The notes under the pieces are model-generated. The model saw nothing but the letters and a program-made list of their open reading frames with translations, was not told the origin of the DNA and did no database searches. Made by a program: the position numbers and the translations under genes. From assembly GCF_009914755.1 (NCBI RefSeq), contig NC_060931.1: 64,000 nt of DNA, one strand, 5' to 3'. This document shows positions 29,932 through 43,524 of the stretch, piece by piece. The stretch is from the human T2T-CHM13v2.0 reference genome, Homo sapiens. Each line of letters starts with the position of its first letter. The stretch's first letter is position 1.

Positions 29932-31303
29932 CAGGCATACCTTGCTTTATTAAACTTTGCAGATATTGTGTTTTTTACAAATTGGAGGCGTGTAGCAACC
30001 CTGGTCAAGCAAGTCTATTGGTGTCATTTTTCTGACAGCGTGTGCTCACTTTGTGTCTCTCCATCACATTTTGACAATTCTTGTAATATTTCAAACATTT
30101 TCATTATTATTATATCTATTATGGTGATTTGTGATCAGTGCTCTTTGATGATACTATTGTAATTGTTCTGGGGCACCACGAAATGTACTCCTACAAGACA
30201 GAAAACTTTTTAGATGTGTGTGTTCTGGCTGCTCCACTGACCATCCACTCCCCCCTCTCTTTCCTTTTCTTTAGGCTTTTCTATTCTCTGAGACACAGTA
30301 ATATTGACATTAGGCCGATTTATAACCTTACAATGACCTCTAAGTGTTTTAAGTAAAAGGAAAAGTTGTACTTTTTAACTTTAAATCCAAAGCTAGAAAT
30401 AATTAAGCTGAGTGAGGAAGGCATGTTGAAAAATGAGATAGGCTGAAAGCTAGGCCTCTTGAGTCAAATAGTCAGGTTGTGAATGCAAAGAAAACATTTT
30501 TGAAGAAATTTAAAAGCACTACTCCAGTGAACACACAAATGACATGAAAGTGAAACAGTCTTATTGCTGATATGGAGAAAGCTTTAGTGGTCTCGATAGA
30601 AGATCAAACCAGCCACAACATTCCCTTAAGCCAAAACCTAATCCTGAGCAAGGCCCTAACGGTCTTCATTTCTATGAAGGCTGACAGAGGTAAGGAAGCT
30701 GCAGAAGAAATTTTGAAGCTGGCAGAGATTGGCTCATGAGATTTAAGGAAAGGAGCCATCTTCATAACATAAAAATGCAAGGTGAAGCAGCAAATGCTGA
30801 TGTAAAAGCTGCATTACATTATCCATAAGATCTAACTAAGATCATTGATGAAGGCAGCTACACTAAACAATGGATTTTAAATGTAGACACAATGGATTTT
30901 AAATGTAGACAAAACAGCCTTCTATTGGAAGAACATGTCATCTAGGACTTCATAGCTAGAGAGTAGAAGTCAACACTTGCCTTCAAAACTTCAAAGGACA
31001 GGCTGACAGTCTTCTTAGGGGCCAATACAACTGTTGAATTTAAGCTGCAGCCAATGTTCATTTACCATTTCAAAAATCCTAGGGCCCCTAAGAATTCTGC
31101 TAAATTTACTCTGCCTGTCCCTATAAATGAAACAACAAAGCCTGGCTGACAGTACATCTGTTTACAGCATGGTTTAGTGAATATTTTAAGCCCGCTGTTG
31201 AGAAATACTGCTTGGAAAAGAAGATTGCTTTCAAATCATTACTGCTCATTCACAACACACCTGGTGACCCAGTACCTCTGATGCAGATGTACAAGGAGAT
31301 TAA
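29932..31303 (+). mobile_element. Tigger1 DNA transposon, 5' ~1.4 kb (3'-truncated)
   Basis: TIR caggcatacct; transposase-derived text (aagctgagtgaggaaggcatg...gaagatcaaaccagccacaacattcccttaagcc...ttcaaaggacaggctgac); frame disrupted. Confidence 0.93.
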
Positions 31304-32125
31304 TAGATAAATAGATAGAAGATATAATAAATAAATTGATTTTCTATCAGCAATTAAGACCTAGAAATAAAAATGAAGGAGAGTCCATTTAAATAACAAT
31401 ATAAGCATAAAATTCATAGAAATACCCTTGCCGAGAATAGCATAGAATTGTTACCCAAAAAATTATAAACTCTCTTTGAATTGTATAAAATAGTACTAAA
31501 AAAATGAAAAGGGTAATATTCTTAGGAAGATTAAAATGTCAATTCTGCTAAAATTAAAATAATAATTTAATGTAATTTTATTTAGATTCCAGAAGGTCAT
31601 ATTCAGGGAGAAATTTTATAAGATGATCTTAAATATGAAATAATAAATGCCTGAGAATGGTTATGAAAATATAAGGAAAAGAAGAGCTGAGATAGAAGAC
31701 GTACCTTACTATTGTTAGAAGTAAGATGGCATTGTTCTAGAATTAGAAAATTAGATCATAATGTCAAAAACAAAGTTAAAAAATTTTAAAGTAGGTTAAA
31801 AAAATAAAAATTTGTCAAATGATTCCAGTACACATAAGCATTTAATATATGACAAAGTATTTCAATTTCATTGGTAAAAGATGAATTATTTAATAAATAG
31901 TTATATAACAATTGACTCTCCAACTGAAAGAGAATAAGTTTGGGCTCTTATTTTAACACAATATCTGGAATACATTTCAAATGAAGTAATAACAAATGCA
32001 AAAAAATTAAATATATTAGAATTACAGCTAGACTACACATGTAATCCAGGGTGGAATGACTTTCTTAGGTAAGATAAGAAACCTGGATGCTCTAAAAGAT
32101 TACATATTCAGCTAGACAAAATTAA

Positions 32126-32290
32126 GGCCAGGCATGGTGGCTCACATCTGTAGTCCCAGTGCTTTGGGAGGCTGAATCGGGAGGATTGCTTCAGGCCGGG
32201 AGTTTGTGACCAGCCTGAGCAACACAGCAAAGTCTTGTCTCTCCAAAAAAAAAAAAAAAAAAAAAAAAACAACAACAACAACAAAAACAA
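32126..32290 (+). mobile_element. FLAM/AluJ monomer with A/(AAC)n tail
   Basis: Single Alu arm with ggaggattgcttcaggccgggag. Confidence 0.88.
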
Positions 32291-33324
32291 CTAAAAACAA
32301 ATCCATAAGTAAAGATGATCAAGTTTTAGTATGTATACTATACAAATGGACAAGAAAAATAATCTAATTGATTAAACAATAAAAACAAATATTTCATAGT
32401 AGAGAGAAAATCTACATGGCCAATAAACACCTGAGAAGATGCTCAAAATGTAGTCAGAGATGTAAATCAAAAACACTTTAGTGTTATTTATATCCATTAG
32501 ATTGGCAAAAATGTGGAAAGAATAATAACATTATTGCTAGCTATAATATGAGGAAATGGGTATTTTCATATATTGGTAGACAAATGCAATTTTGCAGGCT
32601 TTTGGAAAAGAAATCGGATAACATCTACTAATATTAAATATATATGTATCCTTGACACCACAGTATTACTGCCACGTATCTATCCTATAGTAATAAAAGT
32701 ATCAGCATATAAAATTATATGTGCAAGTATATGTATCACAGAATTTTTCAAATGTGCAAAAATATGGAAGTGTGGGAATATAAAAAATGCCTATCAATAG
32801 GAGAGGGCTTGAAATAAATAGTGGTTTGTCTGCATTGTGGAATACTGTGCTATAAGGCATTGATTAGAAATAGTATATTAGAACTACTCTAGTTGATTTA
32901 GAGCAATGTACTCAAGGCATTTTTGAATGAGAAAAGTTAGATGAAGAAGAGTGTATATTATATGATCTAATTTGTATAGTCAATTTTAAACTTCTTATCG
33001 ATTTCATGTGGGGATGTGTGTGTGTGTGGGTGTGTGTGTGTAATTACATGATCCTGAAGTATAGCGTAGAAGTACACAGTGTTGTTAACATAGGTTACCA
33101 GCTTGACTGACAGAGGAGCAGTGAATCTGGATGAGTTGGAGAGAAATGGTGGAAAGAGGTAAGATTGGAGAAGAGCTGGGTGGGGAATAGACAATTAGCT
33201 TTTACTTTATACATCTTTGTATATTTTACTTATTAAAACAAATGTGTTAAATCCATAATTTGAAAAGTACATCTATAAAAGAACCTTTAAAATATTGAGT
33301 TAAGTTAAACTTTTTTGAACACTC

Positions 33325-33762
33325 CAGGGGTTTGAATGGTGGCTTCCCAAAAGATATATTGACCTAGAACCTAAGAATGTGACCTTTTTTGGAAAAATGG
33401 TCTTTGCAGATGAAATTAAATTAAGATCTCCATTGGAGATCATCTTGCAAAATCCTAAATCGAGTGACAAGTGTCATCATAAGAGAATAGAAGGGGAGAA
33501 GACACACAAAGAGGAGAAGGCTATGTGAAGGCCGAGGGAGGGATTGAACTGAGAGTCACATGCCAAGGACTGCCAAGAGACACCAGAAGCTGAAGGAGGC
33601 AAGAAGCAGAATCCCCCCTCAACCTGCTGCAGGGAGTATATAGCCCACCCGTTACCTTCATTTTGGACTTCTGACCTCCATAACTATGAGAGAATAAATT
33701 TCTGTTATCTTAAGCAAGTAAATTTGTGGTAATTTGTTACAGTAACCTAGGAACTTAATATA
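33325..33762 (+). mobile_element. MLT1B/C-like MaLR solo LTR
   Basis: gaatggtggcttcccaaaagatat...ggtctttgcagatg...gtggtaatttgttacagtaacctaggaac. Confidence 0.88.
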
Positions 33763-34162
33763 CATATGAAACTTTTATTTCAATGGAAATTTTCTGTGAG
33801 TTCCAATATGTAAAAATATTAGAGATACTCTGCCTCATGAATGAGACATCCTGCCCCACCATTCCCATCCTTGTGTCACCAAAGAAACACCAGGGATACT
33901 TAGGTCACAGCTTGAACATCACTAATTTAGTCCAATCCCCTTTCTGTACGGAAGAAAAGAGTGGAACTTGAAGAATGTTTCCCACCTTTTGATAAGTTAT
34001 GCAAACTCAAAGGAACCTTGTGCCCCTTTCTGAATTTGTTTCTTGTAAGGCTTAGGATCATTTTAAGTATCTTATGACAGGTTACTGTAGTTCAGTTAGC
34101 TTTTGCTATTTTTATACTGTTGACACATTCATTTCACTGCCACACAATCATTTTTGTAAAGT

Positions 34163-34168
34163 TTTATT
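34163..34168 (-). terminator. Polyadenylation signal AATAAA
   Basis: tttatt on the + strand, 11 nt beyond the stop codon of the spliced minus-strand ORF. Confidence 0.65.
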
Positions 34169-34179
34169 CACTTTTTTCC

Positions 34180-34422
34180 TTAATTTCCCATTTCCTTTGG
34201 AAAAGATTTTGCATAACTGATTGGTTTCTTGTGGACAATCCGTAGATATGCACCTTTCACTTGAGATATGTATCCCTCATGAATTCTAGTTCTGTATCTC
34301 TGATCCATCATGTGACGATATTGAGCTGAGAATTCCTCTGACATCACTGGATGCAATGGGTCCAGGGCATAAAAACACTTGAGAAGGCATGACATTTGTG
34401 GTGCAGAAAGAATGAGTACAGC
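34180..34422 (-). CDS. C7orf66: Exon 2 of a 115-aa orphan ORF (AVLILSAPQMSCLLKCF...SFPKEMGN*)
   Basis: Pyrimidine tract plus acceptor tctctttctttttctccattgcacatag|gct; 81 codons in phase 0; gene name recalled from memory, coding status doubtful. Confidence 0.7.
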   Translation of the reverse strand, partial: AVLILSAPQMSCLLKCFYALDPLHPVMSEEFSAQYRHMMDQRYRTRIHEGYISQVKGAYLRIVHKKPISYAKSFPKEMGN

Positions 34423-34599
34423 CTATGTGCAATGGAGAAAAAGAAAGAGACTGAATGCTGATCAACGGCAGTTAAGGTGCCACGTCTCACAGTAGGGCAC
34501 CAGGTTTATGCACAATGAGTCAGGCTCATTCCTCAACATGGAAGATTCTTTATTTCTACCAAAAAAAAAAAAAAAAGAAAAAAAGAATTCCCACCTTAC

Positions 34600-34704
34600 C
34601 TGAAACAGCATTGCAAGGCAACTGAGGCTCCAAAGTCTCTGATGAGTGAGATGAGGTACAGAGAGTTGAGAAAGACCATCACTGGGTGTCATCACAGCCA
34701 TCAT
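34600..34704 (-). CDS. C7orf66: Exon 1 coding part (MMAVMTPSDGLSQLSVPHLTHQRLWSLSCLAMLFQ)
   Basis: aaaATG start (A at -3); exactly 35 codons ending at a strong donor CAG|GTAAGG; 177-nt GT-AG intron 34423-34599. Confidence 0.7.
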
Positions 34705-35159
34705 TTTGCAAGGTTTATATGGATGTCATTGCATGTTTGGGATCAACATATGTTTTCTGTAGTGGAGAACAGAATTAATTAGATCTGAAGAAGAAGTTTA
34801 TAAAGACCTTCAACTTGACATTTTTGCAATCACACACACAGATACTCTGAGAATTTTGAATAACAGGCTTCAAACACAATGATTATTACATATTAGCATG
34901 GAGCACACGGAAAACAAAGGGTAAAGAGACAATGAAAAATCAGGATGACCAAGACAGAAATAAATGCAAAAATGAAGAAGGTGGAGATTATTCTATTTAT
35001 CACAACTAAGGGTTTTATATACATAAAATATATCAATACTTATATATTTATAACTAATATATGTTTCATATATTTATAATTATTGTGAGCATATTTGTAG
35101 TTTCTGATACACACACACACACACACTGTAACTCCCATTGTTGGGTTTGAAAGATGGCG

Positions 35160-35271
35160 TAAGTTTGTCCCAAATATTTCATGGGACATATTTATAAAAA
35201 AATTTGTTGTTTATTTGATGTTCAAATTTAACTGGATATTCTGTGATTTCATTTGCTAAATCTGGCAACCT
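35160..35271. mobile_element. MER53-like MITE half
   Basis: gggacatatttata...ttcaaatttaactgg...tttgctaaatctggcaacct. Confidence 0.75.
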
Positions 35272-37324
35272 TTTTCTTAAGTTAATTTGTGTTCTATTTT
35301 TAATACAGACACCTTTTTTACTTCTCAGTGTCTAAGTACAGTTGGTGTAATGCCCACTGTTTCCACTCTGTGGAAGTCCCAAGAGGTCTTCATATTTCTA
35401 AAAAGTTTACAGGGAACTGGTATTCATAGGTTTCTCCAGATCTTTGTGTTTCTACTTCCTGGCATACTATATGTCTCATAACTCCTCCATCTGACATGAA
35501 GTTCAGCTCTTTCTTCAGTTTTCATGAAGAAATGTTATCACACATACATGCAAGAATTTGATATTTTTTGTTTGTTTATTTGGTGCATCATCATGAACAA
35601 CAGTAACATCTAAAACCCGACTTTCCTCCCCTACTGTCATCTGTTGTCCTCAAGTTTCCTCTTCCTGGTAGCCCTTGAACAACTAAATTCTTCACTGAAA
35701 CTTTGGGGGTCAGCTTTTTTTTTTTTTAGGCCTTGATGGTGGAAATGGGGAAGAGAGAGAATCTCACCTTCAACTCTAAAAAATTAAAACATTTTTCCCA
35801 AGACAGACTGATTTTTCCTGTGGAGGAATTCTGCTACCGGCTGTGAAGATAATACATTTTCTCCATCTTATTACGTATTTAATATAAGCATAAAAGCATG
35901 TCTACAAAAAAGTTAGTTTCGGTAATATGTTACATTGGAAAAATCAGTATGAATTCATGTCTTTAAAAGATTTATTTTCCAACTCTATCATTATTATAAA
36001 TGGCCCAGCAGCAGGGACACTACTCTAGTGTATTACCAATCCTCATGTGCACCCCAGCACACACATTTTGATCCCTGGAGGGTAATTGGCTTCAAGTTTG
36101 TTGTAAAGACAAAATAAGATGGAGTCAAAGCAACCTGTTGTTAACCAGAAATCAAGGCTGCTACTTGGAATATTAGGGAGTAGTGTTTCAATAACAAAAA
36201 CATAGCAAATAATAACCAAAGTAATAATGCTAATTGCTAAATTGGAAAAAATTAAGTATCTAAAAAGCCACAATTTCACAGTAACACTCGAAAGAGAAAA
36301 CACAAGGTATGCAAAGAGCTACTTGCATTACAACAACAGAAAGATTCTAACAGGCTCTTTCCATCCTTATTGATTTAAAGAAGTAGGAGAGTATTTAAAT
36401 ATGATGTTTTCTTCTTTTTGTTTAGGGTATGTTTCCATATGTTCAGCACATATTCTTGTTTATATCTGTGTAAGAAAGAAGATATGTGAATGAACCAATA
36501 TGAGATAGGATTTCTACACAATGAGGTAGACCTTTTTCCTACTATAGAAAAGATCACAGAAGGAGGGATATTCTAAATACTAATGAACTCATCAGCATTA
36601 ATGATCTTATAGAATAATGACTTCCAAGTTTATTATAGTTGATTACAGCTATGGCATACAGGTATACACAATGACTGTGGCAAAACAGAATGTGGTGAAA
36701 TTATAAGTGGATAAAATGTTCTGAAAAGGAAAAGTAAGCACAGAGATTCAATCCTTCATCTCCTAAGAAATGAAGCATCTACTAATTATAAATAAACCTT
36801 TATGAATGTTAATAAAATACTAATGAGAAATACATATATTTTAATAATTAAAACAGACTGGATCAATCTATCATAATTTTAAGGCAATGACATAGATGCT
36901 TCCGGCTATAAGAAAACTTAGGAAAGATAATAAGTCCTCAAAAATTAAAATTTATGTTAAAGACAAGGATTTATGGGATTCAGGATGTAACAAGTGAAAG
37001 TTTGATATAAGAAGGCACTTGGTATATTGTGGATACTGAAGTTTTCTTCACTTTGGACCATTCTATCAAGTCTCATACTCGAAACATAAATGAACTATCC
37101 AACAACCTGGACTCTGATATTCTGAGATGGCATTTTCTTTTCTTTTAGATCTGGAAAAATTTACACAAATTCCCTAGAAAGATTTTAAACATTGGTTGTG
37201 GTAAAGCTACAGAAAGTTTACGAAAATATTTTAAACAATTAGAACCCTGGCATGGTGAAAAAATAGGAATTACAGCAAAGTTTCATTCATGATATTAGCA
37301 CTTTTGCCATTTAGTACTATTATT

Positions 37325-37680
37325 TATTTATTTTTAATATTTATTTATTATTTAATTTCCATAGGTTTTTGAGGAATAGGTGGTGTTTGGTTACATGAAT
37401 AATTTCTTTAGTAGTGATTTCTGAGATTTTGGTGCACTCATTACCCGAGCAGGGTACATAATGTATAGTCTTTTATCCCTTACTCCCTTCCCACCTTTTC
37501 CCCCAAGTCCCCAAAGTCCATTGTATCATTCTTATGCCTTTGCATCCTCATAGCTTAACTCCCACTTATGTGTGAGAACATATGATGTTTGGTTTTCCAC
37601 ACCTGAGTTGCTTCACTTAGAATAATGATCTCCAATTCCATCCAGGTTGCTGCAAATGCCTTTATTTTGTTCCTTTTTAT
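37325..37680 (-). mobile_element. L1PB-type 3' end, 5'-truncated
   Basis: ggtggtgtttggttacatgaat...gatttctgagattttggtgcac...ccatccaggttgctgcaaatgcc; degenerate TSD gccatt(t)agta(c/t)tatt. Confidence 0.88.
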
Positions 37681-37899
37681 GCCATTAGTATTATTTTGTA
37701 GTTTTGATTAGTTATGGAATCATTGAACCATCATGTTTATGTATATTTATTTGCTACTGAGAATATTTAAAATATTCAAGGGTCAGCCACACAAATACTA
37801 ATTACAATTTAAAATTATTAAAAGGAATTTAATCAAATGTATAGTCAATAATGCCCACAAAAGTTGACATTCTTTAGAGAAGAATGGAACAAATTTGAG

Positions 37900-40800
37900 A
37901 TCCATACAAAGGATTGATGAAACCAAAAGTTTGTTATTTGAAGGGATAAACAAGATTGAGAGACTGCTACCTAAACTTACAAAGAAAAAAAAGAGAAGAT
38001 CTAAATAGGCACAATCAGAAATGACAAGGGTGATACTACAATGAATCCAACAGAAATACAAAAGATCCTCAAAGACTATTATGAACAGCCTTGTGCACAC
38101 ATACTTGAAAGTCTAGAAGAAATGGATAAACTCCTGGACACATACAACCTTCCAAAATTGAATCAAGAAGACACTAAAACCCTGAACAGACCAATATTGA
38201 GTTCTGGAATTGAATCAGTAACAAAAATCCTACCACCTGAAAAAAGCCCTGGACCAGACTGATTCACTGCCAAATTTTACCAAATGTACAAAGAAGAGTT
38301 GGTACCAATTCTACTGAAGCTATTCCAAAAATATTGAGGAGGAGGACTCCTTTGTAACTCATTCGATGAAACCGTCATCACCTTGATACCAAAATCTGGC
38401 AAAAATACAACAAAAAAGAAAACTGCAGACTAATGTCTGTGATGAACATAGATGCAAAAATTCTCAACAAAATAATTGCAAACCAAATCCAGCAGCACGT
38501 CAAAAAGGTAATTCACTGTGACCAAGTAGGCTTTATTCCTGGGATGCAAGGTTGGTTCAACATATGCAAATCAATAAGTGTGATTCACCACATAAAGAGA
38601 ATTAAAAACAAAGACCATGTGATTTATCTCAATAGATGCAGAAAAAAACTTTCAAGAAAATTTGACATCCTTTCATGATAAAGTCTCTCGACTAACTAGG
38701 CATCAATGGAACATACCTCAAAGTAGTAAGAGCCATTTATGAAAAGCATTTAGGCAATGTCATTCTGAACAAGCAAAAGCTGGGAACATACCCCTTAAGA
38801 ACTGAATAAAACAGGGATGCCCACTGAACACCACTCCCATTGAACACAGTGCTGAAAGTTCTAGCCAGATAAATCAGGCAAGAGAAATAAATAAAAAGCA
38901 TCCCAATAGGAAAAAAAGCCAAGTTATCTTTCTTCACTAATGATATGATTCTATAACATAAAACACTAAAAACTCCACCAAAAGGCTCCTAGCATTTTTT
39001 TGTTTGTAGGCCACTTGTATGTTTTCTTTTGAGAAGTGTCTGTTCATGTCCTTTGCCCACTTTTTTATGGGGTTGGATACACTACTTCCATAAAGTTTCA
39101 GGATAGAAAAATCAATGTATAAAAATCAGTAGCGTTTCTATTCACCGATAACGCTGAAGCCGAGAGCCAAATCAAGAATATAATCCCATTTACAATAGCC
39201 ACACATACAAAAATATCTAAGAACACATTTAACTGAGGAGGTGAAAGGTCTCTATGAGGGGAAATACAGAACACTACTAAAAGAAGTAATTGATAACACA
39301 AACAAATGGAAATACATCCCATGCTCATGGATTGGAAGAATCAATATTGTTGAAATGGCCATTTTGCCCAAAGCAATCCACTGATTCAATGCTAATACTA
39401 TCAAACTACAAAAATCATTTTTCATAGAATCAGAAAAATCTATTCTAAAATTCATATGGAATGAAACAGAGCCTAAATAGCTAAAGCAATCCTAAGCAAA
39501 AAGAACAAAGCTGGAGGCATCACATTACCTTACTTCATGCTATACCATAAGGCCTCAGTAACCGAAACAGAATGGTGCTGGTACAAAAGCAGACACATAG
39601 ACCAATGGAAGAGAATACAGAACCCAGAAATAAAACTGCACACCTACAACCATCTGATCTTTGAAAAAGCTGACAAATATAAGCAATGGGGAAATGTCCC
39701 CCTATTTAATAAATGCTGCTGGGATAACCGCGTAGTCGTATGCAGAAGAATGAAACTGGACCCCTATCTTTCACTATATACAAAAATTAACTCATGGTGG
39801 ATGAAAGATTCAAATGTAAGTTTTCAAACTAAAAAATCCCACAAGAAAACCTAGGAAATACCATTCTGGAAATCACCTAGGCAAAGAACTTAACAGCAAT
39901 TGCAACAAAAACAAAAATTGATAAGTGGGACCTAATTAAACCAAAGAGCTTCTGCACAGCAAAAGAAACTATCAGCAGAGTAAACAGATATTCTACAGAA
40001 TAGAAGAAATTATTCACAAAATACACATCCAACAAAGGTCTAATATCCAGAACCTATGAGAAACTTAAACAAATCAACAGGCAAAAAACAACCCCATAAA
40101 AAAGTGGGCAAAGGACATGAACAGACACTTCTGAAAAGAAAACATACTAGTGGCCTACAAACATTAAAAAAATGCTCGACATCATTAATCATTAGAGAAA
40201 TGCATATCAAAACCACAATAGGATACCATCTCACACCAGTCAGAATGGCCATTATTAAAAAAGCTTAATAGATTCTGGTGAGGCTGCAGAGAAGAGGAAA
40301 CACTTATACACTGTTGCTGAGAATGTAAGTTAATTCGGCAGTTTTGAGATTCCTCAGAGAACTTAAAACAGAATTACTATTAGACCCAGCAATCCCATTA
40401 CTGGGTATATACCCAAGGGAAATAAATCATTCTGCTAAAAACACACATGCACTTACTTGTATATTCATTGCAGCGCTATTCACAATAGCAAAGACACAGA
40501 ATTAACCTAGCTGTCCATCTTTGGTGGATTGTATAAAGAAAATATGGTATATATACACCATGAAATACTATGCAGCCATAAAAAAAGAACCAAGTCATGT
40601 CCTTTGCGGGAACATGGATGGAGCTGGAGGCCATAATCCTAAGCAATTTAATGCAGAAAAACAGAAAGCTGAATACAGCATGATCTCATTTATGAGTGGG
40701 AGCTAAACACTGGGTACATGTGGATAGAAAGAGCAGAATAATAGACATTGGGAACTACTGGAGCAGGGAGGGAGGGGAGCAAGGGCTGAAAAACTACCTA

Positions 40801-40950
40801 TTGGGTCCTATAGTCCTGTACTTGGTACCTGGGTGACGGGAATGAATCATATCCAAACCTCAGCATCATCCAATATACTAATGTAACAAACCTGCACATA
40901 TACCCCCGAATCTAAAATAAAAGTTGAAATTTTAAAAATAAAATATAACA
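37900..40950 (+). mobile_element. 5'-truncated L1 (old L1PA/PB), ORF2 3' part plus 3'UTR and A-rich tail
   Basis: ORF2 fragments [50 protein letters not shown]; multiple stops and frameshifts; end aaacctgcacat...aatctaaaataaaag. Confidence 0.96.
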
Positions 40951-41302
40951 AAATGAAAGATTTTTCATTAATAAAAAATGAATGAAAGATTAACTTTGAA
41001 AAAATAAAGTCATTGTGTAAAAATTATATTCTAAGTTTTACTTTTTAAATGTGGATTTAATGTATTAAGTATTCAGTAAAAGGAATCATTACATTGAACC
41101 AAAATGACTCCTGAGATGTAATTATAAAACAAATTTTTTCTTTCACTATTTCTTTAAATCTGTTTTATAAGGCTAGTTCTTTTCCTGCCCCTGCTGAGAA
41201 TGAGGGCATGTTCATGGTTCTTCTGAATAGTTGCTTCCAGTTCAGACAAGGTCTCTAGTTAATAATTAAAATATTCAGCCATATGTACTAATCAAAACTC
41301 TG

Positions 41303-41787
<485 letters not shown>

Positions 41788-43384
41788 TAGTTAGAGTGTA
41801 GTCAGAGAAAGAAGGATGGAGAGTTTTTAAATGACTGATACTACCGTTAGCTGGTACCATGCTGTCTGGGACTGTAAGGAGATTAGATTCCTTCTCTGTT
41901 AAGGGTACTTTAGAAGCCCTCCCTTCTCTCAGCTTTGGAGGACATCTTACCTGAAGTTTTTTTGACCCTAATAAGTGCATCGCTAGTTTGGATAACTTCT
42001 CAGTCTTTTCTCGGGCCTTTAACATTTCTTGATACCTTCAAATTCTCCCTGTTACAGTCAACTGCCATGTGGTTCTCTTGGGCAGGACGTCTCTGCACTA
42101 GGTCTTCTGTGTGAGTCTCCCATCTGGTCCATGGAAAGTATTCACGCATTTTCTGCTCCAACTGAGTCTGGATTTGTAAGCCAATCACATTTTTTTTGCT
42201 TCATTGTCAATAGCAAGCTACCTTCTCTCTCATCCTTTCGATTTCTTACATGTGAGTCAGACAGTTGTCTACTGCGTCTCTAAACATCAAGGGACACATA
42301 TTAAGCTCTCCAGGTGGTCTTGTTAACCACTCTTACAAGATTCATGGTGAGAAGAGGTAGCTACTCCCCTAACCTTCCCCTTGGGAGGGTTAGGTAGCAC
42401 TTGGGCACAATTCTTCTCAGAGAAATCTTCCACTCCAAAGTCTCTTCAGATGTTGAACTCTTGATCCATTTAAATTCTTCTAATGGGTTTGTGGTTAAAA
42501 GACATGTAACCAGTATCCAGAACCTCTGTTTTGAATTCTGTATATAGTCTAGTGACTCCTTTTGAATACAACATTTGTTATATTATTATATATTATATTA
42601 TGTTATTTTCCTTGGCCAAACTTCCATTTTAATATGTAGTAATACAAAGTACAAGTTTAGTGAGTTCCCTATGCCATACACAAAATCTTCTCTTTATCAG
42701 AGACTACCACAACATTTGTAAACGTCTGAGTTAAAGGACTTGTTAAACAAAGGACAGATTATAAATATCTGCCAATAGCTACATAAAGTGGGGGGACCGC
42801 TCAATGAAAACTACAGTTAACATTTTGGTGCCCAGGAGAACATACAGCAAATTAGCAGCTATACTTAGTGAATAAAGCTTGAATAAGATTTTTTTCCTAA
42901 TTTTCCATTACCATGGTCTTTTATGTTTCCAATTAAGTTATTAGTGCTGGGAGATCAAGTTAGAGCTACTTAGGAGCTTTTCAGTGGTGGGGAGATCATG
43001 GGTCTTTGCTGTTAATTAACAGCACAGGAGTATTCCTGTCTCCTTAGGTCTGTAATGGAAGTTTCTGCGTGAAGCCTTAGCACCTTTACTATTAGAAAGG
43101 AACTGTGAGGTACCAGGTGATATTTTTTCAATTTTCAAAGGCATTGATGAGTACCAAGTAGATTTTTTTCCTTGAAATGATTTTAACTTGATGTTTAATA
43201 CCTTTATTTTGGAATCGCCTTGCTTTTTTAAATTAAACATGAAGAATTCTAGACCACACCCCACATAAATATGATTCAGTAGAACTGTGAGGGGCCCCAA
43301 TTGTCAACATTTTAAATAAGGACTGCAGATGGTGTAAAGGACACACTTTGACATAGACTTTTTTCTTTCTTTAAAGATATCAAG

Positions 43385-43520
43385 GCTGGGCACAGTGGCT
43401 CACACCTGTAATCCCAGCACTTTGAGAGGCTGAGGTGGGAGGAACACTTGAGGCCAGGAGTTTGAGACCAGTTTGGGGAACAAAATGAGACCCCCATCTC
43501 TACAAAAATAAAAAATATTA
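43385..43520 (+). mobile_element. Alu left monomer / FLAM
   Basis: ggctgggcacagtggctcac...ccccatctctacaaaaataaaaa. Confidence 0.88.
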
Positions 43521-43524
43521 TCAC

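Larger units (their letters stand above)
28990..33240 (+). mobile_element. Highly decayed ancient L1 (L1ME-type) ORF2/3' region interrupted by Tigger1 and an Alu monomer
   Basis: A-rich L1-like text (aaaatagatcacata...; ggccaataaacacctgagaagatgctc...; cattagattggcaaaa) flanking the inserts. Confidence 0.6.

Noticed and set aside
38041-40706. Series of ORFs resembling reverse transcriptase/ORF2p
   Set aside because: Fragments of a 5'-truncated L1 with many stops and frameshifts; not retrotransposition-competent
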